This document shows, piece by piece, positions 24,843-37,602 of a DNA stretch of 64,000 nt. The position numbers and the translations under genes were made by a program. Each line of letters begins with the position of its first letter. Position 1 is the first letter of the stretch. The DNA is from Octopus sinensis (Eukaryota), in the NCBI RefSeq assembly GCF_006345805.1, contig NC_043018.1, positions 27,342,001 to 27,406,000 of the forward strand, in the 5' to 3' direction. The notes beneath the pieces are model-generated. The model was given only the letters and a program-made list of their open reading frames with translations. It was not told where the DNA came from and ran no database searches.

Positions 24843-25254
24843 AATATATATATTAGGAAGACAGAGAAAGAGAGATGAAAGTTTTGTGTGTGAGTGAATA
24901 GGAAAGGAAATAGTAAAAATACAAAAAAACCCAGAAAAAAATGAAGAAAAATAACACAAAATACATCTAATAAATAATATTTTAGATCTATTTTTTTTGT
25001 TTTTATTTTCGATTCTTCTCATTGTTATTACCATTGTTGTTGCTATTGTAGGTGTTGTTATTGTTGTTGTCATCGTCGTCGTTTCTGTCGTTAATACTCT
25101 TCGGATTTTTCGCGATATTCTTTGAATAATCTGTTTAATAGAACGGCGTCTTTTAGTAGTTCTCCCTTGCTTCTTTCACTTTGTCTTTCTCTCATTTTCT
25201 CTCTCTCACACGCACATACATATGTGTGTGTATATATACATATAATATATATAT

Positions 25255-25545
25255 ATTATTACATTATATAAAATATATTAGTAAAATAAATAACTTTTCC
25301 GCATACTGAACTCATTAGAAATAGCAGCTAAAAAACTTTTTTAAGGCTATTTCTAATACTTAAAGAAAATCTCTCTCATATATAGTGTTTGCTTAATTCA
25401 AGTTGAATACAGCAAACACTATATATGAGAGATATTTTTCTTAAGTATTAGAAATAGCATAAAAAGTTTTTTAGCTGCTATTTCTAATGAGTTCAGTATG
25501 CGGCAAATATTTATTTTACTAAGCCCTTTTATATAATGTAATAAT
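25255..25545. repeat. ~290-bp near-perfect palindrome
   Basis: Arms 25255-25393 and 25411-25545, about 90% complementary by eye. Confidence 0.85.
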
Positions 25546-25846
25546 TTGAATTGCCTTGAATGGTCCCTTTGCATACTGACACTTGGTGAATTGATTAATA
25601 ATTAATTAATTTTGCCTCAATTGTTGAAATTATATATATATATATATATCACACACATATATATATCCATAATACTATATATATACCATATATGTATTTA
25701 TAGATAATATGTGTATGTCGTATGAATTTTTTATATCGTATATAGTGTCATACGTACATACACGTGGATACACACAACGACATACATGCATATATATTAT
25801 ATATATATATATGTATGTATATATAATATGTGTGTGTGTATTACTA

Positions 25847-25897
<51 letters not shown>

Positions 25898-26546
25898 CGA
25901 GAGATAGATAGATATGATAGATAGATAGAATATAGTATATATATAGATAGATAGAAAGGTAGAGTTGTGTGCATTGTATATAAACCTATGCACCAATTTT
26001 AATGATGTCACCGGGAGTAAATTATGAAACGGCTGTAATCTCTAAGAAATTAGTAAAATATTTTGCTTCGCACAAGTTTCCTTTTTCTGTTCTATTTTTC
26101 TCTTTTTTACTTATTATATATTCCGCATTCGGAAAAATGCTAATGATATATCCTGAATTTTCAATATTATCACTCTGTCAAATTACGTCGTAATTTAATT
26201 ACCGTTCGACCTGATAACTGGTTCCTCGGCTGTAGTGTTTACGCTGAATTCTTAGAACCGTATTTCTTCTTGATCACACCCACACACACACACACATATA
26301 TATATATATAATAATATATATATATATATATCATAATATATATACTCAAAATTCTTAGAACCGTATTTCTGCTTGATAGATATATATATATATATAAATT
26401 TTAAAAATTGAAAAGATGCCAATGTAACTTTAATATAATTTATTAACCGCTAAAACTTAACATGTTCTCTTACAGCTGTTTCAGTTTTGCCCAAAGAATT
26501 AAATTCAGTAATTTACTCTATTTCAACTTATATATATGCATGTGTG

Positions 26547-26585
<39 letters not shown>

Positions 26586-27329
26586 ATAAATGGAGTTGAA
26601 ATAGACAGAGACTATGTATGAAGATAATATATTTCAAATTATCATCAGGACATTTGCTTTGTGTTGGCTCCTGTAGTTTCGTTTTCATTGTGAACGACTT
26701 TTATGCAATTTCTACCGCATCTTATAAAATCCTAGATTAAACATCATCAGTCACGTGCTTACTTTCTCTGACATGCGTATATTAATGAATGTTCATTTTA
26801 TCTTTGTACTGTGACGTATATTACAACAGCAACGTCTATGTTTAATGGTAACTGTAGAATGGATGTATTATCTTCTAATACTTTTTCTCTTGTTTCGCTT
26901 TATATTGCGTTGGACAGTACATTGCAAATGTGGTATTGTTAATGCATAGTTAGTCTATGAAAGAGATTGTGCACATATGGCCAATTTAACTGATGTGCTT
27001 GATAATGTGGAATTCAGAGAAACGATCAGATTTTGGTAGGAAAAAACAGCAAACATGACAACTGGCCACTACCAAAGGGAAACTACAGAAGCCCCCTCCC
27101 CCAGAAAAAGCGTATCCTATTAACGAGACTGATATAGTATGGAAACCTCGATAAAAGTGAATTTTGGAACTACATTGTGTCAAACAAACAGCAAAGGTTA
27201 TATACAGAATTACGAAATTAATCATTAATGAAAGTGAATGATGTGTATGACTTTCAGTGTGTGCGTGCGTGTATGTGTTGGTGTATGTGTGTATGTATGT
27301 GTATGCATATATAGGTATATTTCAAACGA

Positions 27330-27840
27330 GCTCACAACCTGTGCGATCTCCTGGTCCACAGTTTCTTCCCAAATCCCACCTCATAACCTGGTTCGTTCCC
27401 CTGAACCCATCCACGCTGCTGCACTTGCTCCTACTTCGCCAATACCACCATCCACACAGGCACCCATCATCGTCCCTATCATATCACCGACTCCTTTACA
27501 TGCACTTCTAGCAATGCAATTTAGTGCATCTCCTACTCTTTCTGCTCTGTACATCGGTCAAACGGGACGCCGCTTGGCTGACCGGTTCGCAGAGAATCTC
27601 CGAGACATTAGACTCGGCAATGACACCCCGGTCTCGCGCCATTTCCGGTCTACCGGTCATTCACCTGCCTGTGTTTGGTTTGTCTTTGGACAGGGGCCAT
27701 CTGGACTCCCGCCTTTGCTGCGAACAGGTATTAATCTTCAATCTTCGCTCCTTTGCATCACATGGGCTCAACTCCCCACTTTTCTTCATATAACTCCTCC
27801 TCTTCTCTCTTCATCTGACACCTGCTTCCTGTCTACACTC
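27330..27840 (+). mobile_element. Penelope-like element fragment (GIY-YIG endonuclease, decayed)
   Basis: ALYIGQTGRRLADRFAENLRDIRLGNDTPVSRHFRSTGH within ORF 27238-28041. Confidence 0.8.
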
Positions 27841-27869
27841 CTACCTGCTTCCTGTCTACACTCCTACCC

Positions 27870-27905
<36 letters not shown>

Positions 27906-28338
27906 GAATGTATGTATGTATATGTATGTGTGTGTATATATATATATATTTATATTAAATGAGTGTGTTTGTGAGAGAGAGAGAGAGAGAGAGAGATTGT
28001 GCGTATCCATGGGTTTCTATGCGTTACCCTCCAACGTTTGACAGCCAGTGCTAGTTCGTTTGCGTCCGCGTAACTTGGCTGATCGAATAAGTAACAGGCT
28101 TAAATAATAAGTCCCATGGGTGATTATTTCAACTACCAGCCTTTAAGATGGTGCCCCAGCTTGGCCGAAGTCCAATGACTGAAGCACATAAAAGATAAAT
28201 AATAAAAGAAGTGTGTGTGTAGTTTACGTGTGTTTGTAAATACATATGTGTACATACGTAGATTTACATACGTCATGGACTTCGGCCAAGCTGGGGCACC
28301 ATCTTAAAGGCTGGTAGTTGAAATAATCACACATGGGA

Positions 28339-28385
<47 letters not shown>

Positions 28386-28496
28386 ACTCACTCACACACA
28401 CACACACATACCACTCTCACACACATACCAAAGAATGGCGTGTGCAAAACGCGCTGCTCTTTTGACTGCATACATGTTTGCATGTATATATATTTG

Positions 28497-28667
28497 TACA
28501 TATGTATATATTTTACATTATTTACATTTGACAGATATTTGTCCTCATCTTGTCTGTTGTTAGCACAACGTTTCGGCTGATATACCCTCCAGCCTTCATC
28601 AGGTGTCTCGGGGAAATTTCGAATCTTGGTTCTCATTCCTAAGGTATTTTTGATGTTATTGTTGTTG

Positions 28668-28716
<49 letters not shown>

Positions 28717-28793
28717 CAAGGTCACTGCCTGGAATCGAACTCGGAATCTTGGGGTTAATAGCCCGCGCTCTTAACCACTACGCCATATGCCCG
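28497..28793 (-). mobile_element. Composite SINE: tRNA-derived head + (AAT)n spacer + hammerhead-containing tail
   Basis: A box TGGCGTAGTGG (28775-28785), B box GAGTTCGATTCC (28731-28742), (AAT)n, then the hammerhead. Second copy at 48254-48504. Confidence 0.75.
28562..28607 (-). ncRNA. Minimal type-I hammerhead ribozyme fold
   Basis: GACAC-CUGAUGA-A-GGCUG(10-nt loop)CAGCC-GAAAC-GUU-GUGCU. Palindromic AACGUU stem III. Predicted cleavage after 28567. Confidence 0.75.
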
Positions 28794-30017
28794 TATGTAT
28801 ATATTTGTATGCATCTGTATTTATATTTGTATGCATCTGTATGTGGTGCCCCAGCATGGCCGCGGCCTTCGGGCTAAAGCATTTTAAAGGATTTTTAAGG
28901 ATTTATATGCGTACTTATACGTGTATAACATATATACATATACAAGCATACAGATACACGCCCGCACATGGGCGCAGGGATATATCACTCACAAAATGAT
29001 ATTATATATATATATATATATATCAATGTTTTATGTATGCTTCTTACGTATGTGTTCATGTGTATTATACTTCTTTCTCCTTTGGTCTTCAATTATTTAA
29101 TCAATAATACCTTATCGGTACCATACCGAGAAATATCCGATCGATTATATTCCTTCTTTCAAAATATTGGTTTTGTATTTTGGAAGAAACGTAAATAGAA
29201 AAGGCAATTAAAAGCTACCATTATTGGACATTATTCCTGATCTACTTGTATCGACATTGACTTTTTGTACCTCTAGACTCCTGTGGGATTTGATGATTTG
29301 GCTATTTGATTATTTGTCTATTTGACTACTTGCCTAGTAGACAATATTCTCAAAATAGATTTAGTTGTCGAATGGAAAATTTTGTTTTTTTATTTGTAGA
29401 TATGATGACAGTTACAAACATGTTTCGATGTTATTGAAACTCATCATCATATATAGTCTATTCGTGCTTGGTTTGATCAATCGATAAATATTTTATTATA
29501 CTGGTAAAAAAAAAATCAATTTTCCAGAACCTTTCGTTCTAAAGCTTTTTCGGGTGATTAATTTTTCCGAACTAGGGGCAAACGCCTTGGCCAACTCACT
29601 CTAAATTAAGCAAATATTAAATTTACTTAGATAATTAAATGAAATTCAGGTACCCGTACATTCATATAAATATTAGTTTCAAATTCCGGCACAAGGCCAG
29701 CAATATTGGGGAAGGAATTTAAGTCGATTGCATCTGGTATTTATTCTCTCGACACCGTTGACCACGATGGAATTTGAACTCAGAACGTAAAGACGAACGA
29801 AATGCTGCTAAACAATTTGGCCGGCATGTTAACGATGATGCCAGCTCTCTGCCTTTATTCGTATAAGTATTACCATTTTTTTCTCATACTGTTCTAAGCT
29901 AGGTGTCAGTAAACTACTCTGACGGCTGCTGCGAGGATTTAAAGTTGCAGCTCGTAAATAAGTGCGGATTATAAGAAGTTCCGTTCATCATTGTCCGGAA
30001 AGTCGATACATACATAT

Positions 30018-30049
<32 letters not shown>

Positions 30050-30051
30050 AT

Positions 30052-30210
30052 TTTGTTTCAATCATTTAACTGCTGCCATGCTGGAACACCGCCTTTAGTC
30101 GAACTAGTCGACCCCGGGACTTAATCTTTGTAAGCCTAGTACTTATTCCATCGCTAAGTTACGAGTACGTAAACACACCAACACCAGTTATCAAGTGATG
30201 GTGGGGGAAC

Positions 30211-30254
<44 letters not shown>

Positions 30255-30420
30255 TACACATATACGACGGTTTCTTTCAGTTTCCGTCTACCAAATGTAC
30301 TCACAAGGCTTTGGTTGGCCCGAGGCTGTAGTAGAAGACACTTGCCCAAAATGCCATGAAGAGGGACTGAACCCGCAACCATGTTGCTGGTAAGCAAGCT
30401 ACTTATCACTCAGCCACTCC
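30052..30420 (-). mobile_element. SINE family A
   Basis: Reverse-complement match to family A. Confidence 0.85.
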
Positions 30421-30660
30421 TATAAATTGAAAATTCAAAAAATCCCGGTTCGGCCAATGTTAACTTCTTCCTAAGCATGTCAGAATTTCTTGTGTTTAAT
30501 CCTTCATCTTTTGGAGATTCTTTGGCAACTGCCGTTAGGTAGGTTACTATTTCTTTCCCCCAGCCAATAAAGGCATTTACATTAATTTTGTGTCATTTTT
30601 TAGTACACCAATCTGTACTTCAGCCTTCAATTATTTTAATGCAAAGTCATACTATGGGTT

Positions 30661-31054
30661 GTGGAGGCGCAATGGCCCAGTGGTTAGGGCAGCGGACTCG
30701 CGGTCATAGGATCGCGGTTTCGATTCCCAGACCGGGCGTTGTGAGTGTTTATTGGGCGAAAACACCTAAAGCTCCACGAGGCTCCGGCAGGGGATGGTGG
30801 TGATCCCTGCCGTACTCTTTCACCACAACTTTCTCTCACTCTTACTTCCTGTTTCTGTTGTACCTGTATTTCAAAGGGCCGGCCTTGTCACTCTCTGTGT
30901 CACGCTGAATATCCCCGAGATACTACGTTAAGGGTACACGTGTCTGTGGAGTGCTCAGCCACTTACACGTTAATTTCACGAGCAGGCTGTTCCGTTGATT
31001 CGGATCAACCGGAACCCTCATCGTCGTAACCGACGGAGTGCTTCCATTCCATTC
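30661..31054 (+). mobile_element. Young tRNA-derived SINE family C with a 13-bp TSD
   Basis: A box TGGCCCAGTGG, B box GGTTTCGATTCCC, (TTCCA)n tail. TSD catactatgggtt at 30648-30660 / 31055-31067. Confidence 0.9.
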
Positions 31055-31454
31055 CATACTATGGGTTAACAAGGGTTGTTTCCCTTAGTTTAGTTTATCA
31101 AATAATTGTGCAAGTTACGAGAGAAAAAAAGGTTTTCGTAAATCTATATAGAAAAATACTACTGTCAACCGATAAGAGCAACCTTGAAAACAATAAGCTA
31201 TTCTGATGTGATCCAAGATGTGGTCCGAAACATGTGCATAATTGTTCCCCTTGCTCGCAACTGATATCAGCGAATTGTTTCTTTTAACATATAAATTTCA
31301 TTTTGTGCAATTCTTAATTTCTTAAAATATCCCCTTTTCTGTGAGAATTGTTATAAATTTTAGCTAGGTAAATTTCAACTATGTATAATAACACACACAC
31401 ACACACTCACACACACACACACACTCACACACACACACACACACACTCACAACA

Positions 31455-31496
<42 letters not shown>

Positions 31497-31960
31497 ACAC
31501 ACACATACATACAGACACATCACACGTCAAAGAAATTTGTTATAGCGCTGTTTATTCAATTGGTAAATATAAAGGAAAACCAACGCCAAAAAACTCTCCA
31601 TTATTTTTATAATGGCTCCAGTTGCACTGAACAACACCAAAAAAGCTTTAATCCTCTAAGATTATTGGTGAGGTAATTACCCTAAACATTAATGATGGAG
31701 GTCGTTGTGGAAGTGGAGATTAAGAGGGAATATATTTAAATGTTGCCCTTTGAACATAAATCAGTCTCGCAAGGAGAAGGAGGAGGAGGAGGAGTAGGAG
31801 GAGGAGAAGGAGGAGGGAAAGGAGAGGTGAAGCAACAACATCAAGCACAAATACCACAATTCGACTCCCAACTATTAAAAGAATTAGAAATCGAAACCTT
31901 AAAAACTATTTTCGTGCTAATTTCTTCATGCGATTTAATGTTCATATGCATATACGTATA

Positions 31961-31991
<31 letters not shown>

Positions 31992-32278
31992 TGTGTATGA
32001 ATATATGAAGAATATACATAATTACGCAAACCGACTTAATCAAAAAATTCACTTCTATATTACAATACGGGCGATCATAAAAGTTAAGATATTTAAATGG
32101 CAAAAGAGTGGATTTATCAAATTTTTACGACCATTAACACTAAGCCATCTGACTTCTTGCTTCCGGTCCTTTTTGAAACTTTTGCATTTCTAGTTTCAAA
32201 AGTATATATATGAGAGGATTTGGTGACCCTGTGTATTTAGTATTTGCTCGTATGTTTATTTACTATACGTTACGTTTC

Positions 32279-32321
<43 letters not shown>

Positions 32322-32732
32322 TAACAGACGTTTTACCAAATTATATTTAGAACCGAAATCACATGCAATAATTGCAGGATTTAACCATTAAATGTACTAA
32401 ATTCTTAAAGTAAATATTTTTAAAATTACAAAAACAAAATGACGAAAAACAAATGTGGACAAAAGCAATAACGAAGAAAAAATCTTTTCTGGAGGTTAAA
32501 TTTCAATGAAAGCATAAACAGAATTATTTTAACGAGTTAATCCTATGGTGATTTAATGTGATAGAGTTAGGTTAACTAACAAAGATTGTTAAATTAGGGA
32601 AATAATTAAGAAAATTACATGTATACACTCATATGTGTTCATTATTAACTACATAGATATACTTATATATCACATATGTATGCGTGTGCTTGTATGTGTG
32701 TATATATACATACACACATATTTGTATATGTT

Positions 32733-32764
<32 letters not shown>

Positions 32765-32985
32765 TATATAAACATATTTGTATATGTTTATACACACACA
32801 CACACACATATATATATATATGTTTAAACACACACACAAACACATGTATATGTATACATACATATATAAGTATATATCTATATATGTATATGTACATATA
32901 TATACGTATGCGCGCACGTGCGTGTGTGTGTATGTATATATGTATATGTATATATGCATATATGTATATGTATATATATATATGC

Positions 32986-33031
<46 letters not shown>

Positions 33032-33353
33032 ATATGCCATAACCAACAGAATGCCAATACATATATGTGTGTATGTGTGTGTTTTTGTGTGTGTGTGTGT
33101 ATGTGTGTGTGCGTGGTGTGTGTGTGTGTGGCGTGGGTGGGTGTTTGTGTGTGGGTGTGTAGAGTGTTACAAATGGTTTACAGATATTGAATATTGAGAA
33201 AAGTGGAGGTCGCCAGAATTTTGGAAAAATAAATTTTTTATTTTGTTATTATATTTAGTCAGTATGTGTGTGTGTATGTATGCGCGTGTATAAGTGCGTA
33301 TGTATAAGCATGCATGCATGCATGCATACATACATACATACATACATACATAC

Positions 33354-33384
<31 letters not shown>

Positions 33385-33474
33385 CATACATACATACATA
33401 CATACATAGAAACACATATGTTGGATCTCAGTCGTTCATCGACGAGGTCTATGTTCTTCGATCAGCTGAATTAC

Positions 33475-33534
33475 TTCCGACCAAACGTGCAAACATTTAT
33501 TCGTCCCACACTCCAACGTTCCCTTAACGCAGTT
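33475..33534 (-). CDS. Candidate 60-nt Cys-rich host exon
   Basis: Acceptor ttgaattttccctag and donor GTAATT. Frame NCVKGTLECGTNKCLHVWSE. Confidence 0.3.
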
Positions 33535-33699
33535 CTAGGGAAAATTCAATAAGACACATCAATGAATAACCCGTCCGATAGATAAGGGTCGACACGAGGG
33601 TACAGAAATAGGAAATAACATTTGTCTAAGATGCCAAAAAGCCGCGCCGAACAAAAGTCTCCGTGGTTGCGGAACGAAATTTACCATTCGATTATATTC

Positions 33700-33730
<31 letters not shown>

Positions 33731-34049
33731 TGTATGTATGTATGTATGTATGTATGTATGCATGTATGTATGTATGTATGTATGCATGTATGTATGTATG
33801 TATGTATGCATGTATGTATGTATGTATGCATGTATGTATGTATGTATGTATGTATGTATGCATGTATGTATGTATGTATGCATGATGTATGTATGTATGT
33901 ATGTATGTATGCATGTATGTATGTATTATGTATGTATGTATGTATGTATGCATGTATGTATGTATGTATGTATGTATGTATGTATTTATATATAGTATAG
34001 TAAAGCATATGGGTGAATTGAATACCCTAACCACGAAGCCACGCTTTGT

Positions 34050-34350
34050 TGTTATGGCATTTGGTTCACGATCTTAAGGTCGTGATTTCGATTCGTAGCC
34101 GTGCCTTTTGTCTCTGAGCAACAAACTTTTAAACATTGCCCCCGAGCACTCAGCAGGCAAAAATGAGTGATACCTATATTTCAAAGGTTCACCGTTATTA
34201 CATTCTGTATCACGCTGAATCCCCATTAAAACTACGTAAAGGGTGCGCATGTCAGTGGAATGCTCAGCCACTTACACGCTAATATATAACGAGTTGGCTG
34301 CTTCGTTAATCGGCTCAACTAGAAGAGTCATCGCTATAACCGATAGAATG
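34050..34350 (+). mobile_element. Diverged SINE related to family C
   Basis: B-box-like gtgatttcgattcg; body tcacgctgaat..actacgtaaagggt..gtggaatgctcagccacttacac. Confidence 0.65.
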
Positions 34351-35235
34351 CCAATTATAGATATATATATATATATATGTGTGTGTGTGCGTGGGTGGGT
34401 GTTTTGTGTGTGTGTGTGTATGTGTGTGTGCGTGGCGTGTGTGTGTGCGTGGGTGGGTGTTTGTGTGTGGGTGTGTAGAGTGTTACAAATGGTGTACAGA
34501 TATTGAATATTGAGAAAAGTAGAGGTCGCCAGAATTTTGGAAAAATAATTTTTTAATTTAGTCATTATATTTAGTCAGTATGTGTGTGTGTATGTATGCG
34601 TGTGTATATAAGTACGTATGTATAAGCATGCATACATACATACATACATACATACATACATACATACATACATACATAGAAACACATATACATTCATATA
34701 TACATGCCTACGTTCTTATTTATTTAGAGAAAACTTGGTAATCATCAGAGCATAACCATAACATATACACTCCAATATCTCAAATATCAATAACTTGTTT
34801 TGAAATAGAGTTACTAAGTCTTTCAGAGTTTCCGTTATTACATGGAGGAATAAAATTATAGTAAGGAGCATAACACATTGCGCATTTGAAAAGAAGTTTG
34901 GGCGCAGGGAAATACCTCAAACGGGCCAGTAGAATGAGTTGAGCTAAATCAGGTACCAAAGGATGCATTGTATATCATACTCAAATTGTACTGACTTGCA
35001 ACTGCTAGCGATACACAAAGAAACAATGAGACAACTTCTAGAAATAAATAAACATTTGAAACAAAAAAAATGGAATTCTCATGTTTAAAGAAAATTTCTT
35101 GCATATTAATATTGATCATTGGGAGTGAGTTATGTAACTTGATGGCTTAAAAAATAATGTAAAACAAATTTTTTAATTACATTTCTAATCTCTCACTGTT
35201 CTGTAGATGCTCGACGGAGCGCCGACATTTCTTAC

Positions 35236-35345
35236 AGATCTCTGATCTGATATTATAAAGCCCGTAGTTTTGTGGAGCTCCTTGAGCGTGAGTTCTTTTC
35301 CCTTGTGCATATTTAGACTCCGTACCACATGTGTGTGGTTTACAT
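35236..35345 (-). CDS. Candidate host exon
   Basis: Acceptor aatatttttgaaag; donor GTAAGA (or GTGAGA with exon end 35197). Two open frames, e.g. VNHTHVVRSLNMHKGKELTLKELHKTTGFIISDQRS. Confidence 0.35.
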
Positions 35346-37355
35346 CTTTCAAAAATATTGTATTTGATATTGAATGCAGTTTTATGTTTTTTCAAGGAAT
35401 CGATATAATTGAAATATTTTAATTACATTTCTATTTATTATATTTCTAACGAAAAATCTTTGACTGGAAAGTCATTCTTAATTTAACGTCCACCTTGCCT
35501 AATTCTTATTTATGTACGATATTTATTTTGCTTTGGTGAAAGTAATTTTCACCTCTTAAGTAATCGATTCAGTGTTGCGTGACTGATTAACGGAACATGC
35601 AGTGCATGTCTGCTGGCACGGTTAGATTCGATTGATTTAGTTCGTACATTTCTTTTTCATATTGGAGATGCAGCTATAACTAAAGTTAGATTATTTCTTT
35701 TGAAAGATTTTCTTGATGTCGATAAAAGTAAATATATTTATTATTAGCAATATTAGACTTCACATTAAAGACTAAAGAGTCATGAACCGGGAAAGATAAT
35801 GCATTCGTTATAACCATTACATGGCGGGATTTAGAGGTACTATATTTTTGCCTTTCTATTGGAGAACATCAATTATTTTACCTTAACAGATTGCCATATT
35901 GTCTAAGATGAGTTTATTTTACAATAGTTAAGAACTACTACTGTTGAAATTTGTGATTAAACCATATTCCTTACATCTTGTTGTTTTATAAATTTTTATA
36001 TAAATTTTGCGTACGCTAACGGATTTTTACACGTATAATATATCCAATAAAAGGAGTAATCCTGTTGTATTATGATACATGGTAGCTGATGATGATATTA
36101 CCCAAATGATATTATATATATGTATGTATATGTAACATATGGCATATTTATAAACAGGGCACATTTTAGCCATTTCTCCGCAGACTGAAAAGATGAACAA
36201 CCTTAATCGATTTTCGAACCTTATTGAGTTCCCATCAGAGGCGTCCACATAATTTTAACATTCTCCCGAGAAACAAGCAGCCAAACTGTTTATATACCCA
36301 ACAAATGCAGCAGTTACTCTATGAAGGAGCCTGTAATTTGTCTACCGAAAGTGCTTAACACTCTAAAAATACCAGTGGCCTGTCAACGGTGATCTTAGTT
36401 CACACAGTATCAGGGTACGACATAATATATACGTAACATATGATATAATGTATTATGTATGTTTATATATCTAGGCGAAATATAAAAAATGAAAATGCAC
36501 AGAATGTATGTTTTTTATGAGGTAAAATATTTATATAGTCGACCGGTTTCGCTTTTGTTGATGATGATTCAAATTTAGTCGAAATTATAAATTTATGAAT
36601 TAAAATATGTACAAAGTTGGTTGTACGCTCATGAATTAAGATATTTGTAAAATCCAAAATTGTTGTTGTGAAGCAATTGCTAGATAGCAACGATTAAATA
36701 AAGAGAGTTCATTTATTGCAAAATGCAAATCAGGCTTGAATATGAACACATAGCCAATTTTGCATTTTGAAAATATTTTAATTCTCGAACACATAACTAT
36801 GTACATATTTTAATTCATAAATACGAAAGTTAGGAATATAAATACTATCAATTCAACTCTTGTAGAAGAGTAATTACCTCCCTTGCCTCTAATAACAATT
36901 TCTAATTACCTCCCCTTAGATTTATTTAGCTTTTGATTCATTTAAGAAAGAAATTTCCTGCTAGTAATATGGACGGAACATTTCTTGTGAAGCCATAAAA
37001 TTGTAAGATTTTCACTAATTTCTTGGTAATTATTATTAAAAGCGAAAGTAATTGACTATATAAATATCTTATCGCATAAAAAATATATACACTCTGCATT
37101 TTCCTATATATATATATATGCATATATAGGTAGAGTGATTGATTGATAGATTGATAGATGGATATCGGCCTGGCAAGCAAACCTATGCTGAGGAACATGA
37201 ACAGCGATATAGGGGGAGCCACCAATCTCCCTCTAGGGCGTAGCACCAGCGAGGTGGTTGCATTGTTTAATAGCAACAATGGGAGATTTTTACCCGTCTA
37301 TATCGAAAGGGTTACTGGTCAAGGCGCTTTCGTCCGCTATTATCGAAGAGTGCGC

Positions 37356-37600
37356 TAAGACGGAGAGCTGGCAGAACTGTTAGCACGCCGGACGAAAAGC
37401 TTAGCTGTTTTTCGTGCGTCTTTATGTTCTGAGTTCAAATTCCATCGAGGTCGACTTTGCTTTTCATCCTTTCAGGGTTGGTGAAATAAATACCAGTTAC
37501 CCAGTGGGGTCAATGTATTCCACGTAATCCCTTCCCCAAACTTGAGGCCTTGTGCTTCCAGTAGAAATAATTATTATCATTATTATTATTATTATTATTA
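37356..37600 (+). mobile_element. SINE family B whose (TTA)n tail hosts Dong copy 1
   Basis: Head, body and ggccttgtgc..agtagaa tail running into (TTA)n. Confidence 0.8.
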
Positions 37601-37602
37601 TT

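Larger units (their letters stand above)
33037..34689 (+). repeat. Local direct duplication of ~370 bp (33037-33419 and 34335-34689)
   Basis: Shared unique core gtagagtgttacaaatggt..gaaaagt.gaggtcgccagaattttggaaaaata and shared microsatellite flanks. Confidence 0.9.

Noticed and set aside
26986-27225. 79-aa ORF with a signal-peptide-like start (MINFVILYITFAVCLTQCSS)
   Set aside because: Hydrophobicity is expected from T-rich DNA. No strong donor, promoter or recognisable mature peptide. The opposite-strand WPLPKG Nudix-like word also lacks the Nudix box.
31200-31245. ctgatgtgatcc..ggtccgaaacatgtgca hammerhead-like motif
   Set aside because: A9, the cleavage triplet and stem I are all broken. 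At best an unrecognisable relic.
36955-37008. DGTFLVKP SH2-like peptide (plus strand)
   Set aside because: In-frame stop immediately after, and it lacks the invariant Arg.
37158-37358. 66-aa GC-richer ORF MDIGLASKPMLRN..
   Set aside because: No recognisable domain, weak splice context, and it sits between a microsatellite and a SINE. It cannot be supported, though a BLAST would be cheap.
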